Assembly (NCBI GenBank): GCA_001179505.1
Contig: CDMY01000474.1
Span: 1 to 64,000 of the forward strand
Length of the DNA stretch: 64,000 bases
Source: Vitrella brassicaformis CCMP3155
Taxonomy: Eukaryota > Protista > Chromerida
Direction of reading: 5' to 3'
Made by a program: the position numbers and the translations under genes. Every line of letters starts with the position of its first letter. Position 1 is the first letter of the stretch. Positions 23,712-36,428 of the stretch are shown piece after piece. The notes below the pieces were generated by a model. It did no database searches. It was not told the DNA's origin and saw only the letters and a program-made list of their open reading frames with translations.

Positions 23712-25822
23712 ATGCTGAGTGCGGCGAACAAGCCACGCGCCATCAACCCTGTGCGCAGCACCGAGGGAGAGAGGAGAGTGCTGAAACGACTTTCATCCGA
23801 GAGCCTCTTCCTTCCGCCCATCTCGCCTTCACAGAAGGAAGCCGCTGAAAACGAACTCTCGGCTGCCCTCGTGGCCGAGCTATCCGGCTCCGACGGGGAT
23901 GACGAGACGGTCCTGTCTCAAGTCGACACGCTGATAGTAAGAGGTGCCGGGATTGCTCGCCTCGATGGACTCCACTCGGTGGATTTCCGCTGGCTGAGGA
24001 GCCTGGAGGTGCTGTCTCTGTCGCACAACGCCCTCACGGACATCTGTCCATTGCAGCACCTCGTCAGGCTGAGGTCGCTGAACCTCAACTTTAATCAGCT
24101 GAGGGATCTGTCGCCAGCCTTCGAGTGCCCCCAGCTGGAGTCGCTGTACGCCTCCCACAACCAAGTGATGTCCATCAAGGGTATCGAGGCTTGTCAGGAG
24201 CTGCAGGCGTTGTGCCTGTTTCGGAACAGCCTTGCCGACCTGGGAAAGGTGATTGAGAGCCTAAGCACCCTTCCATTGTTAGAGCAGCTGGACCTCAACG
24301 GCAACCCCTGTATGGGGACTACTCAGTCATCAGAGGACCACACATCGACACAATCCACCAGCCCATCAACACGACCCTCGGCGGCCGTACCCGGCCGCGT
24401 TACTCCGGCATGTTTCGCCCTGCCGGCTGCTGCCGTGTCTGCTCCCTCGTCCACCTGTCAGTACCGGGTTATCGCGGCCGTGCCCTCGCTGATCAAGTTG
24501 GATGAGATGGAGGTGGATGAGTCCACTCGCAGAGTGGCGGAGCGGTTCGTCCAATGTGGCAAGAAGGAGGCAAAAGACCAGGGGGATGGAGACAATGACT
24601 GCGGCTCTTGGCTTCGTGATCTCCCGCGGCCCTCTACGGCACCGGCCAAGGAGCCGGTCATCACATCAGAAGGGCGACATGTGTCTATCGGCAGTGAGTC
24701 GGCAGAAGAAGACATCCAGGACATGAATGCAGAAGAGAGCGTGGAAACGGGTGGTCTTGAAGCACTGCGGCAGCAGATTCGCGTCCTGGAGGCGAAGGTC
24801 ACCTCTCTGGAGGTTGAGAACCGCAATGTCTACTCACTTATGGGGGAGAACCGGCGTCTCAAACAGCAGATCGACGAGGGGCAGACTGACGAGTGTGATG
24901 ACCTGCCTGCAGCCAGCAGTGAGGATACTGATGATGTGTCGAGTCTGCGGCTGGAGAACAGGATGCTGCGTAAGCGCCTGGGCAGGACGGTCGAGCACGT
25001 TGGGCAGCTCAGAAATGACCTGTATGAGGCGCGGTTGGGCAGGAAGCTTAGACCGGTATGCAAATATCCAAACATGTGGTGGATCCATCCAATCATGTCT
25101 CATCTTTGTGTGCTCGTGTTCAGAGAGCAGACACGGGCGATGAATCGTCCTCGATCCCACGGCCCTTCACTGCCAATGCGGAATCCTCTAATTGCATGGG
25201 TAGCAGGACACAGCCGTCTCTCGACTGCTCTCCAGGTGCCCGGCGAAGTCGGCGTGCCAGCTCTCTGGTCACCATCCAGGAGGACCAGCCCGTGTCGATC
25301 GACGATGCAGCTCCGGCTAGCCCAAATGGCTCTGGCGGAGGGAGCGATGACGACATAGAGGCAATGCTGAAACGAAATGCAGCAAACCTGGAGCTGCTTC
25401 AGCGGTCATTGCACGAGACAGAGGCACTGTTCAGTCGTCCGCAGACGGCGCAGCCGGACGGCCGGATCCAGCCACCGCAAATGCCGATGTTGCCACCAAA
25501 CGCCAACCCCTCGCCGAGGAGACGGCCCTCCTCGCCTCAACATAAGACGCCCACGGCTGCCCCGCCGAGATGTCGCACCGCCCCTGAGAAGGGAAAAAGG
25601 CCGCGGGTCTCGGCACATGACGAAGGGGCATATTGTGGCGTGTCGGCGCTGGAGATGGACGTGCCCGACGTTGAGTTGACGGGCAGCGATGGGGCTGCGT
25701 TGTTTGTGGGTGATACGGGTGAGGTGCTGCAGCTTAATGGAGGGGTTGGCGGGGTGGATGGGGTGGAGGGGATAAGGGCGATGATTGAGGGATACAAAAG
25801 ACTCACTGGGGCACCGATCTAA
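23712..25822 (+). CDS. Leucine-rich repeat protein (SDS22-like LRRs with LRRcap) plus coiled coil and disordered C-terminus, 2 exons
   Basis: Repeats LEVLSLSHNALTDI, LRSLNLNFNQLRDL, LESLYASHNQVMSI, LEQLDLNGNPC, and cap YRVIAAVPSLIKLD. The intron at about 25057-25122 joins to ORF 25058. Confidence 0.85.
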
Positions 25823-26049
25823 TGCATGATTGTTGTTGACTGGTTGTCTGCATACTGCTGGATGTGCGAGACTTGATCCAAAGCATGAAGCATGCTCACA
25901 TTCAGTCCGAATTCGTCATGTCACGTTGGTCAGGTCATGTATGCACACGTATCTGCCATCACCACCGTCCCTCCCAATATATATTGGTCCCTCCCTCTTT
26001 CTCCCTCTCCCCTTATCCCTCCCTCCAGCCATATGCCTCCGTCCATGTC

Positions 26050-27443
26050 TCACAGGCGGAGCAGTGTCTGAGCGTCCTGCTGGCCGAGTGCTTGTCGCAC
26101 CATGGCCACTGTCCATGGGTAGGCTGCTGCCGGGTCGCCCTGGTTCAGGTACACGTTGTAGTTGGCATTGGGCTGGGGGGGCTCGGTGGTGTAGAGGGTG
26201 GCCGTCGAGTAGAGGAGCATCGATGTCAGCTGGATGTAGCAGGGGAAGGGATCTCCGGCCTGAGTGCCCGCCAGAGTGATGGTGCGCCTCGTCACGTCGG
26301 GCGTGTAGCGGGATGATGTCAGCCGCTGCTGACCCCAGAAGGGGGTCGACGGGTCCTGCTTACACGGATCCATAAGACATCTTCATTTGGGGGTTGCTGT
26401 GTTGTGTGTTGTGTGTGATATTCTCTGCATACCTGTACAGCCAGCTCGTCTGTGCGCTCCTCTCCGGCGGCACCGTCGGGGTCGTAGGAGTGGTGGGCCA
26501 CTATCACCACTGGGCGGAACGGACCACGCTGCTGCACACTGCAAACACACACACCCAGACACGCACACACAGAAGGAAATGACAACAAAACGGGGTGATG
26601 CTATTTGGAAAGGCCACCATCGTTTCCCACCCACCGGTCCACGATCGCATCTCGGATCCCCAAGTAGTAATGGACACCCACTGCAGCCAATGATCAAAGA
26701 CACATCAGTTGGATTGGAGCGGGCGAGACGTGAGGATCTTTCTGTGTGCCGCGTACCGCGGACGGGCGGGTTGTTGGCTTGGTAAGGCAGGGCGCCGGTC
26801 GCGATCGGGTGCTCGTCGGGCAAGGGTGACACAATCCCGTCCGGCGGCCCATACACAGTCACAAAGTCGGCACCCAGCTTGTCCTTCTTCACCCCCCGCC
26901 CCTCGGGACCTTCTTGTGGGTCAGCAGCATCTCACTCCTGGGTTTCAGCACATGGCTGAACAGTGAGAGCTGGCGCATGCTCTCGGGGCGACGGTCAAAG
27001 TCGGCCTTATGCACATCCTCCACCTCCTCACCGAGCCGCAGGGGCAGCGCCTCCACCACACCGCACGTCTTGGCGTACACGAACAACTGCACAGAACTCA
27101 GAAAGTCCACAAATACCCGCTGCATCATGGATGCACGTCCATCATGTGCTCTGTTTGCAATGACGTGAATGCATACCTCCCCCCAGCTGACGATGTTACC
27201 GGCGTGCTCCAGCATGTACGCCATCTGCGTCAGTTTCTTGCGGGCTGACCGCAGGCGGGGCTCACGCAGCCCCAGCATGTGGCCGATGTGGTTGGCGGTG
27301 ATGAGCTGCTGGATGCGGTACCTCGCAACGGCCACCGTGATGGTCTGGTGGACGGCCTTGCTGACGCGGGGGACTGCCGCGGCCTCTTCGGGCTCGAGGA
27401 AACTACACAGAGTATTGAACACACCTTCTGGGAGCTTGTTCAT
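26050..27443 (-). CDS. Lineage-specific F-box-like family protein, 4 exons, with an apparent 1-nt frameshift in a G-run at about 26890-26902
   Basis: N-terminus MNKLPEGVFNTLCSFL is F-box-like. The downstream frame (KKDKLGADFVTV...PPVR|VGVHYYLG..DR|VQQRG...LAVQ|DPSTPFW...LLRL*) splices with consistent phases but is offset by one base from ORF 26889-27443. Confidence 0.6.
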
Positions 27444-27951
27444 CGCGGAGAATTGAGGAACGAGAAACGCGGGTCACCAACCCGAGAAAATGACAGCCCC
27501 AGAGTCTTGAGACGCCCCCAGCCGGATGGCACGTTTTTGTGAAGGCGAGATTTTCTCACCGGGAGACGGCTTTTTGAGACGATGTCCTTTCTGTCATCGA
27601 GGACAAGGTAGAACAGCCTTTTCGTTGAGATTCTACACGTCTGGCACTGTCAGGCCTTCGCCGCCCTCGGCACACTGGCATCTTCACCTGATTATCCCCC
27701 GCGGCGGCTATTGGCGAGGACTTGGACAGTCGCAGACCTGCTGCATCCTTGCATGGGCCCGGGGCGGCGTCGGGGGCGATATCTGCGGGCGACAGTCTGT
27801 CTGTCCACGAACAAGGGCGCGAGATGATGCGGGCTGGTGTTGGCGATGGCGCGTCCAGAGTTCGTGAGCGTGGAGCGCTCCCTAGCCCTCTACGGAAGCT
27901 CTTCACCCGTCAGCATCCTCAGTCGACGCACTTCCTCAGCAATTCCAGGCT

Positions 27952-30096
27952 TTGCAACAGGATGCACCAGATGGCGTCGAGCGCAGATATCGCAAACCCG
28001 TCCACACCCCACTTCCACCAATGCCTGGCTATCCTCTCTTTCTCTACGGCCACGCAGCACCCGCCGTCGCCCCGCTGCGGCCAGCCAATGCCACCCAGAG
28101 GCGGCACCCGTCTGCACCCCTCCAGCAGCCCCCTGGACCGCAGACGCCGGAGGCTTCTGGTGACCAAGGCCAACTGAGCTGCTACGGCAAGTTCATGCGG
28201 TGCATCGGATTCAACGAGTGCTTGTGCTGTCGGAGCTCGAACAAGTCCTCGCAGAAGGCCAATACCGACGACAGCCGCACTCGTCCATCTGCTGCATCCG
28301 CTGCCGAGCAGCCAGTGGCCCGACAAGGGCTGGGAGAGGCGCGTCCGTGGCAACACGGTCAGGACTCGCCACCTGCCACACACACGGAGAACCACTGGCA
28401 GCCACTGCGCCTCAGCCAGCCCCCTACAGCAGCACCAACAGGCCGCCCATTTACTTTGGCTATCGGCCATCACAATCGAGGGCGGGCCTTCAGCAGGAGC
28501 AGCAGCGCGCAGCGCCCACCGCACCACCGACGGCGAATTATCGCCCCAATATTGCGCGACTCCCTAGGGAGGGAATGAGTCGGGCTAGGCCACCTAGTGG
28601 CTTTCAGCGGGGAGTGGGAGGGGTGTCTGTATCGCACGCCCGACGGCCTCAACTGTGGCGACCGCCCCGGCAGCAGCAGCGCGCCCTGGGCCCTATGTTT
28701 GGCGGACGCCAGCCGCCCAGACCAGGCGCGCTTTCCAACCTGGCAGCGAGACCCCCCGCTGCCCATGGTCGACACACTCACGTGCAAGGCAAGCACATCA
28801 GAATGAATGGCTATGTGGCGGGTTCTTTGTTGTGTGCAAGTGGGTGGTCTTGTGTGTGTGTCGATTCGATGAACGAATTCCCTCAGGGCCTGACGATGGC
28901 CGAGGAGTTGCTCCGCCGGCCTCACGTCAACAAGGCGCTTTGCTTGGGCGATTCGCCGTACGACCACGGCGCAATGGACCTCGCCCTGCAACACCCGTAA
29001 GTGAATCGATCACATGTCTCGCTTGTCCGTTCCCAATGTGTGCGTCATGCCTCCCTGTGTTGGGTGTGCAGTGGTCTCGCGACACGAGGCCTCGACGTGA
29101 CGAAAATCAAGATGATCTACAACGCGTCCCACTTTAAACTCATCGCAGAGGTATGTGGGGGAAAGAGCTGAGACGCACGCACGCAGACACACATGCAGTG
29201 GACGCGCGCATCGATGTGTCTGGTGTTGTGTCGTCTGTTGCTGTCATGCAGCAACTGAGTGTGGTCAGGGAGGAGTTGCACGAATGGCTGAAAAGCTCTG
29301 ATATGCACTCCACCAACTTCGAGCTGAAGCAGGTACGTGCTCTCTTCAACTTCCTTCACACATCCTCCTCTTTGTCCTTATCTGCTGATGCTTCATTCAG
29401 CACATCTGGGGTGGTTTTGTTTACGGCCACCGGTTGGCCGGAGGCCCTCTGCCAGATTGGCGAGACGGGTGGCAGCCAAAGGGACTGCAGATGGACATCC
29501 GCATCCGGGCTTTAATCAAGGAGACAGTGTTTACCGCTGGAAGACGGAAGTGGTGTTGAGGCATCTTGTCGCGCCGATCCCGCCGCACCAGCATCGTGAC
29601 GGTACGTGCAACTTTTCTTGTAAAGGGAAGCCTAAACGAATGCTGTGTCTCTGTGTCAGACTTCAGAATCGTTGCCTGCATTTTATATCTGTCGGCCTAT
29701 TTTCCCCGTGTCTCCGCATTCACGACCAGGGCCATCATCAGCCATCGCACCACCCGCAGGACGGCCAGCCCATCGCCCGCCCTCTACAGCCCCTTCAGCG
29801 CGGCCGCAGACGCATATGCCGTCTGCTCGCTGGGGGCGGCGGTGTTGATGGGGCCTCACATGGACCACCCCTCAGGCAGCGGCAGCAACGGCGACATCTG
29901 CGGCGAGGAGCGGGCGTTCTTCGCCGAGAGCAACGACACCACGCCCCTCTACGACAGCCACTTTGTCATCAAGGTCCAAAGGGAGACGGAGGCCATGAGT
30001 GGAGCCGCGGCGCTGCAGGCGATCTCGCCAGATGGGCCGGCTGAGCGCCACGAGTGGCTGCCGGAGATCATCGCACTGTTGTCGACTTCATCCTGA
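27952..30096 (+). pseudogene. 'YRPNIARL' modular family copy 2: low-complexity N-module, unknown domain and orphan kinase C-lobe fragment
   Basis: Collinear with 1-600 (minus strand). It has a +2 shift in (AC)4 at 28378-28385 and an intron-like segment lacking its AG (28789-28863). The frame breaks near 29557. Region 29747-30060 is closely similar to 52093-52437. Confidence 0.6.
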
Positions 30097-31210
30097 CTAG
30101 GGCGGCGTCTGACGGGGAGGGAAGGGTGCGTGCTTACGTAATCTGCTGCCAGCTGGCCCGCCGTCAACCTGACGACGGTTTTGGGACGCGGACAGCGAAT
30201 CTTCTTCTGTTCTGCTTGTCTTTCTAACCGATCGAGTGGACGTCCATGCCGTCAGCACTGCCTTCGTGCCGCATCCACCATCCCCCCACACACAACTGGC
30301 TGCCCACCGCCCCGCCCCATAGCGACGTACGTGAGCATTGACTTTCGCTCAGCCGTGGCTGTCTGCCTGTCTGTCCATCGCATACATGGGGGGCCGCCTT
30401 TCGTCTCTCTCTCTCGCTCTCTCTCTCTCTCCTGGCTGTCTGGCTGGTGGAGTGGCGGTTGATTGCCGTGAGTGTGTTGCCTTGTGCACCTTTGGTGGCC
30501 AATTTCTCCGACTCATTCTTTTTTCGTCCATCCATCCATCCATCCATCTGTGGCGCGTCGGTCATCTTGGCTGGCTGGCTCTCGGACTTAGCTTAGGAGT
30601 GGTGGGGTGTGGGTATCTGTGTCAATCCGGCCGCCACAGGCAATGATGGATGTAGACGAGGGTAAGCTTGGTGTGGGTGTGGGTGTGGATGAGAGGGATG
30701 AATGGGTGGATATGGCTGGGTGGGCGGGACGGGTGGGATGGATTGGGTGGGATTGGATTGGTGGTTGGGGTGGCTGGGCTGGTCGCTCGGGTCTGCTGAT
30801 TCTGCTAGGTGAGGTGCCAGATGGTAGGCTGCTACTGCTGCTCAGCAGTGTGTTGCATGATGATCTATCTGCCTGGCTGAATTTGATATGGATGTGTGAC
30901 GATTGCTGTGATGTGTACCACTTTGCTGACTGTTTTATTGTCTGTCTGTGACGACGCGACGGATGGCTAGATGCTTCATGGGGCCGGTTTGTCTCTGCGA
31001 GGAGGGCGTGACGCGTGAAGGGCTTATGGTCTGGAAGAGTTCACGCCCGGCCCGCAGTGGTCGTGGTGAGAGATGGGGAGCAAGATGCCCCCCGAATCGT
31101 TGCCTACGTTTTATATTCGTGTGTTCGTGGATCGAGACACATTGTGTTCGACCTGGCCCGACCATATGACTATTGACTATGCATGTCTCTCATCAACTGG
31201 TCCATCAATG

Positions 31211-31753
31211 TCACTTGTCGTTGCTCCCCCCCAAGTTGAAAAGACCCTGTAAGGGCCCGAGGCCCTTCGGTGATGCTTGCTGTGATTCCGCTTTGCTCGA
31301 CTTGGTCTCTGCCTGCGCCGCCTGCGGCAGCGAGAGACACATGCAGCGAATGAATGCAGCTCTCCCTTAGCCTCTCACAAGGTAGTGAGTGCTGTGTGTT
31401 ACATACCTTCATCCTTTCTCTGATGACCCAGCCCTCTCGGTCATTCAGGTACTCGTCAACCTGACACATCCAGAGACATCGACGGATCGATGTGCCGTTT
31501 TAATACCTTTTTATCTTCCAATGCACCCCACCTCACCTCCTTTTCAGCCTCTTCCCTCGACTTGCCGCTCCTCCTCATGTAGGCCTCGATCATGTTCTCA
31601 CGCTTGTTCTGAACGTCCGACACCTGCAGGCAGGCAGGCACGCACGCACATGTCCACACACACACACGAGAATCCATCTTCGATATGTGTCCGTATTTGA
31701 ATACGTACTGTCTTTTGGAAGCCGTCGACGAGCTTGTTGAGGCCGTCGAACAT
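31211..31753 (-). CDS. Small hypothetical protein (about 100 aa from this ATG, 4 exons); a plastid leader probably lies upstream
   Basis: Phase-0 GT-AG junctions give MFDGLNKLVDGFQKT|VSDVQNKRENMIEAYMRRSGKSREEAEKE|VDEYLNDREGWVIRERMK|AAQAETK...GGSNDK*. The true start is uncertain. Confidence 0.6.
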
Positions 31754-32015
31754 GTGCAGTTGGGACGTTGGAGATCGTTGCGCTGCCGACTGATGGTGGA
31801 TGGGCGATCTGACCGAGCAACACAAAACGACAGGCGAAAGGGCGCATGTTCGTGTGTGTGCACACACCGCAACCTTCACAGTTATACACACATCACATCA
31901 AAAGGTCAGAATCTGCACGCATCCACGCATACAGCGCATGCGTCCTCACGGCATACATGAGAGAGAAATCGACATAAGACACATCACGCTGACCACAGGT
32001 ATCACCCTTGTCTCA

Positions 32016-33564
32016 CTACACAGTCACAGTGGCCGCTTCGCTCGCCACAGCTGCTCTCTCTTGACTCTTGCCCTCCCCGTGCCCGCCTATGAGGTCAGCC
32101 AGCACCCGCCCCACGCCCCTCACAGCCGCATCCATGATGCGCACCCCGTCCTCCGGACAGCACAGCTGCGGATGGCTGAACATCCTGCCGTCAGGAAATC
32201 GCGCGCGGAAGTCCACAGGGTCCATGACAGACAGCGACGACTGGGCGTCGACTTTCCTCTTGGTCCAGCCACCCATCTTCCTCGCCTTGGCAATGGCCTC
32301 GTCGCTGAGCGTCCTGTTCCGCTTGATGGACTGGGGGTACAGATGCTGGGTGAGGGAGATCTCGTCACATGTGGCGTGCTGCCCATTCTTGTTGCCATAG
32401 AGCGCCCCAGCCTCTTGCTGCGCCTCGCTGGTGGCGAACCAGTTGGTCAGCTTGACGCGGAAGGGCGTGTCGGGATCTCGTGGGACTAGGGGGGTCAGCA
32501 GGGGGTGGTCGTCGATGGCGTGAGAACTGTTGGGCAGCATCTTCATGTGCAAGGGCGAGCACAGCCAGTGGGGGGCGCTGTGGTTGTCGTTGCTGGGGAT
32601 GATGGTGGCCACATCCGCCTCGTGGAGCGTCTTCATGGCGAGTGAAATCGGAACAATGTTACCTCCATGGCCTGCAGCAATGCATAGATGGAAGACACAG
32701 TGCAAGACCACGCGCGTGTGCGTGCGCATAGCTCACCGTTGACGATGAGGACGTTGCGGACACCAGCATTCCTCAGTGAGAGGAGGACGTCTTGCAGCAC
32801 ATAGATCAAGACTGACGGCCGCAGAGTGATGGTGCCGGGGAAGCCACTGTGATGGATGGCGTTGCCATAAGAGACAGTCGGAGCAACAAGTGCACCCATC
32901 TCACGAGCCGCTGCGCGGCCAACTGCCTGTAGGTATTCACACAGACACACAGAAGCAAAATTTGTCTGCCTTGTGTAGCGGTCACACAGACACACCTCGC
33001 TGACCTCAGCAGTGATGGCATCAGTGCCGATCAGCCCAGAGGGCCCGTGCTGCTCCGTAGACCCCACAGGCAGCACGACAGTCATGCCCTCTTGGTCTCG
33101 TATCTCTTCCCACGTCCTATGTGACCACTCGTGGTCCAGATAAGAGTCGTCACGCGGTGGATGGGGGGCTCTTCTCGGCGGCTGCTTGGCAGGGGCGGAA
33201 GTGGCGGCTGCATTACTCTGGGCGAAGGCGGGCTGGCGTGGCGGGCGACCCATTCTATGCAGCCAGGCACGGTGGCCATGTTAGTACGGTACCAACGAAG
33301 GAAGAGTGCAGCAGTCCAGCAAGTCCACACACACGCCCAGCACACACAGCCATGCAAATGTGTCGTGTTGTGCATACATACCTGTAAGGGGCGTTGATGA
33401 ATGACAGCGCTGCATCTGATGTCCTCGGCAGCGGGATGCCCTGGAATCACGCACAGCAGACAGACATCGCCAGATCTGCGGTGTCAATGCGCTGATCTTA
33501 CTGATGCGACAACGATGGTGAAGCTGACACAGGCCAGCAGCGCATTGAGAGCTCGGCGCTTCAT
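32016..33564 (-). CDS. Creatininase / creatinine amidohydrolase-family protein with bipartite plastid leader, 5 exons
   Basis: Metal-ligand motifs LPVGSTEQHGP, IGTD, HHSGFPGT, VN|GHGGN, GQHATCDEIS and FPDGRM. Spliced leader MKRRALNALLACVSFTIVVAS|GIPLPRTSDAALSFINAPY. Confidence 0.9.
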
Positions 33565-34836
33565 TCCAGAGGATTTCCCTCCTGAAAGCTAAGCTCGCAG
33601 ACGGATCGGCGGAAAGAGCAACGCGTATTTTTCTAGTGTTCACGGCGTTTCTGGGCCGTACCTGCTGCCCACTGACGAGATCTCCCAAGATGACGGCGAT
33701 TGACGTCACATTGACCGTCCCCCACGACGTCCCCCACGAGACCAGCACGTAAGCGAAAGGTCAGCTAGCGGAGGGCCACAAGGCAGCCGAGACAGGGGAA
33801 GAGGTCGATTAATGACAGGAAAACAACGTCCCATGCTGCCCTCCCAAAAAACACATGCGTGTCTGTCTGTCTGTCTGTCTTGTCGTTGGTGGTAGGGAGA
33901 GGATGACACAGATAAACAACAACACAAATCCTCGGCTGTAAGAGACAAAAGAGACAGAATGAATCCGTGGCACATGCATCATATGGATCTCCTCTCCTGT
34001 CGGCAGCATTGAGGTGATCTGCAAGCCTCCCATCAGATGGACTGGAGGAGGTTATGACCAGCGTCTGCTCGAGTTTGAAGAAAGACGGCGACGTCAAGAC
34101 TCGCCTGTGTGTGTCGCTGCCAGCTGTGGACGAGACCCGCCCCGTCCTCCCCCTAAGGGCCCTTCGTGTGGCGGCCCACCTACACTACACAACGCCACCC
34201 TGCCTTTCTGCTTGGTCACGTATGGAGCTTCGCTGGGTCATTTTTCGAGTGTCCCTCATGCTGCTGCATCAGGCACAGGCGACGACGGATGCATTACGAT
34301 GGATCAAGTGGCACGGATATGTAAAAAGAGGAGAGCATGTTCTGACGAACAGAACGCAATATCCGTTCGTGTTGGTTAATGGGCACATTGTCAAGCACAG
34401 GGCAGTGGGAGCGATACCACACTCTGCACCGCTCTGACCTCTCGTGGCATTTAGACGATGAAGATGGCGCAAACAGAATTGTACAATCGACCAGTGAACG
34501 GATTGTGCCATCTCTGCCACGGCCATCATCATCGAGGAAATCCCACAAGGCGGGCAAGCGGCGCACAAGAGACCGCAACGCCCGAAAAATGCCTCAGACA
34601 CACACAGCGCAGTCCGAGCAGTCGAAAACCTCGGCTGCTTACTCCGCTCCCGCCATCCCGATCATTGTCCCCACTTCCCTTTCCCGAGCCGTGTCCCCTT
34701 GTGCAATCGCATCCAGGGCTCGGCCGCCGAAGAAAAAGACACTAGACACGTGTGTGTATGAAAATCGAGAAATAGAGTAAGTGTCCCGCACAGCTTGCCT
34801 GCTCTGTCCGGCCTTGGGTGTGGGTTGCATTGCTTG

Positions 34837-35915
34837 CTATTCGACCCGCCTCTCTGAGAAGACCCACAGGCTCTCGAACCTGCCGTTGTTGAAGCGCTGA
34901 GACGTCCGCTGCAACATGCCCTGACCAATCAACCAACAGTCACACAACACACATGCGGCCCTGTGCTGGTTTGTGGGTCACCATGTGTGTGCTATGCGTA
35001 CCTCTGAAGTGAGTGTGATGAGTTCGGAGACCTCGAGTAGCCCCGTCTTGGGCGACGTGCCGATCAGCGTGGCGCCCACAGACACCGCACTCTCTGTCAA
35101 CGTCAGCGACGTGTCCCTCGGCCTGCATACATGGGCAAAACCACGCGACAAACGTGTGTCTGTGTGTGGTCGCATCGCGTGTCTGTGTACCCGTCCTCCA
35201 GGTCAACAGAGAGCAGTCCGTGGCCCACAGGGAGGAACCGATAGTGGCGGATGTACGCCGCACCGTCCTCCTGCAAGACACGCATTGCAGACACAAGGGT
35301 AAAAGAGCAGTGATTCGCCTGGTGCAGCGGTGAGAGCCACGCCTGCCTAAAAGCATCCACACATACATGACTTACTTACTTACCCCGGCGGTGGTCTCCC
35401 TCATTGACCAGAAGCCTTCCTCGTTCCATTGGATCTTAGTGGACGCGGCCTTCTGCTCCTCCTGCTGGCCGCTGTACGCCAGCCGCACACACTGACCGCT
35501 CCACTTGCTGCATCCAACATCCATGGGTGGACAAGCGCAACACAACACAACATAGCTCATTCATCAGGGTCCTGCAGCGTTCCCGCATCCGTGTACCCTT
35601 CCAGCAGATGGATGAACGAGAAGTGGAAGCCGTTGACGACGCACTTCTGCCCGTCCATCATCCTGACACACACACACACACACACACACGAACCGGATAT
35701 GAGAGGCAGGCAGGCAGGCAGGCAGTCAGGCAGGCAGGGAATCGTCAAGATGTGCGGTGCTGTGTGGTGCACGTCCAGGCTTACATTCGGATGCACGGTG
35801 CCCGTGAAGCCCTCTGTCTGTCCATGAGCTTCATGAGGGTTTCCTGCTGGTGCTCCTCGCCATTCACCTTGCCGACAGCCGTGTTGGCGATCGGCGCTTC
35901 CTGTGGATCTGACAT
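34837..35915 (-). CDS. Hypothetical ~200 aa beta-rich protein, possibly calycin/nitrobindin-like, 6 exons
   Basis: Five GT-AG introns join in consistent phase: MSDPQEAP...IRM|MDGQK...LLEG|KWSGQCV...TTAG|EDGAAYIRHY...EDG|PRDTS...TSE|GMLQRTSQRFNNGRFESLWVFSERRVE*. The G-x-W-x-G motif is near the N-terminus. Confidence 0.7.
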
Positions 35916-36428
35916 GGCGATAAACCGCTTGAGGGAGATCTGGTGGTCGTTTCAGCTGAGGCTCAGCCGCATGTGTTTCACGCGCAAGGTCCCCTTTTAC
36001 GAACGAACGATTCCGCAATCGCATTAATTCCTTGCCAACCAGAGCCGTTATACGCATGTATACATGTGTTCCCATGAAGTACCATTCACTCATCTTCACC
36101 ACACCTGTCATCAAGTAAGTCAGCATCATCAATCAAAACTCCAGGTATCCATACGCGCGGCACATACATGGATGGCTCCAGCAAGGAGCATGCATGGAGA
36201 TACAGTCACAACACGGTGCCGGCCAGTCGGCCCGCCCACCGGTCAGGCCGGCAGTTGATCGAACAAACACACAGCCAGCCAGAGTGTCTCCCTCCCTCCC
36301 TCCCTCCCTCTTTTTGTCCGTCTGTCGTCCATCTATGGAGTGTGCCCGTCGGCCATCGACTAGCTATGTACACGCCCGCCGTCCGTTGGCTATCTGCGCC
36401 TGTCGCTGTGTGTGTCTTGCTTGATGGC

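Noticed and set aside
30100-31200. ORFs in the GGAT/GGGT-rich region
   Set aside because: Low-complexity translations of microsatellites, with no splice-consistent gene model.
33950-34780. Several overlapping 90-130 aa ORFs in a lower-GC stretch
   Set aside because: No motifs, no consistent splice pattern and no codon bias; I could not support a gene or a mobile element.
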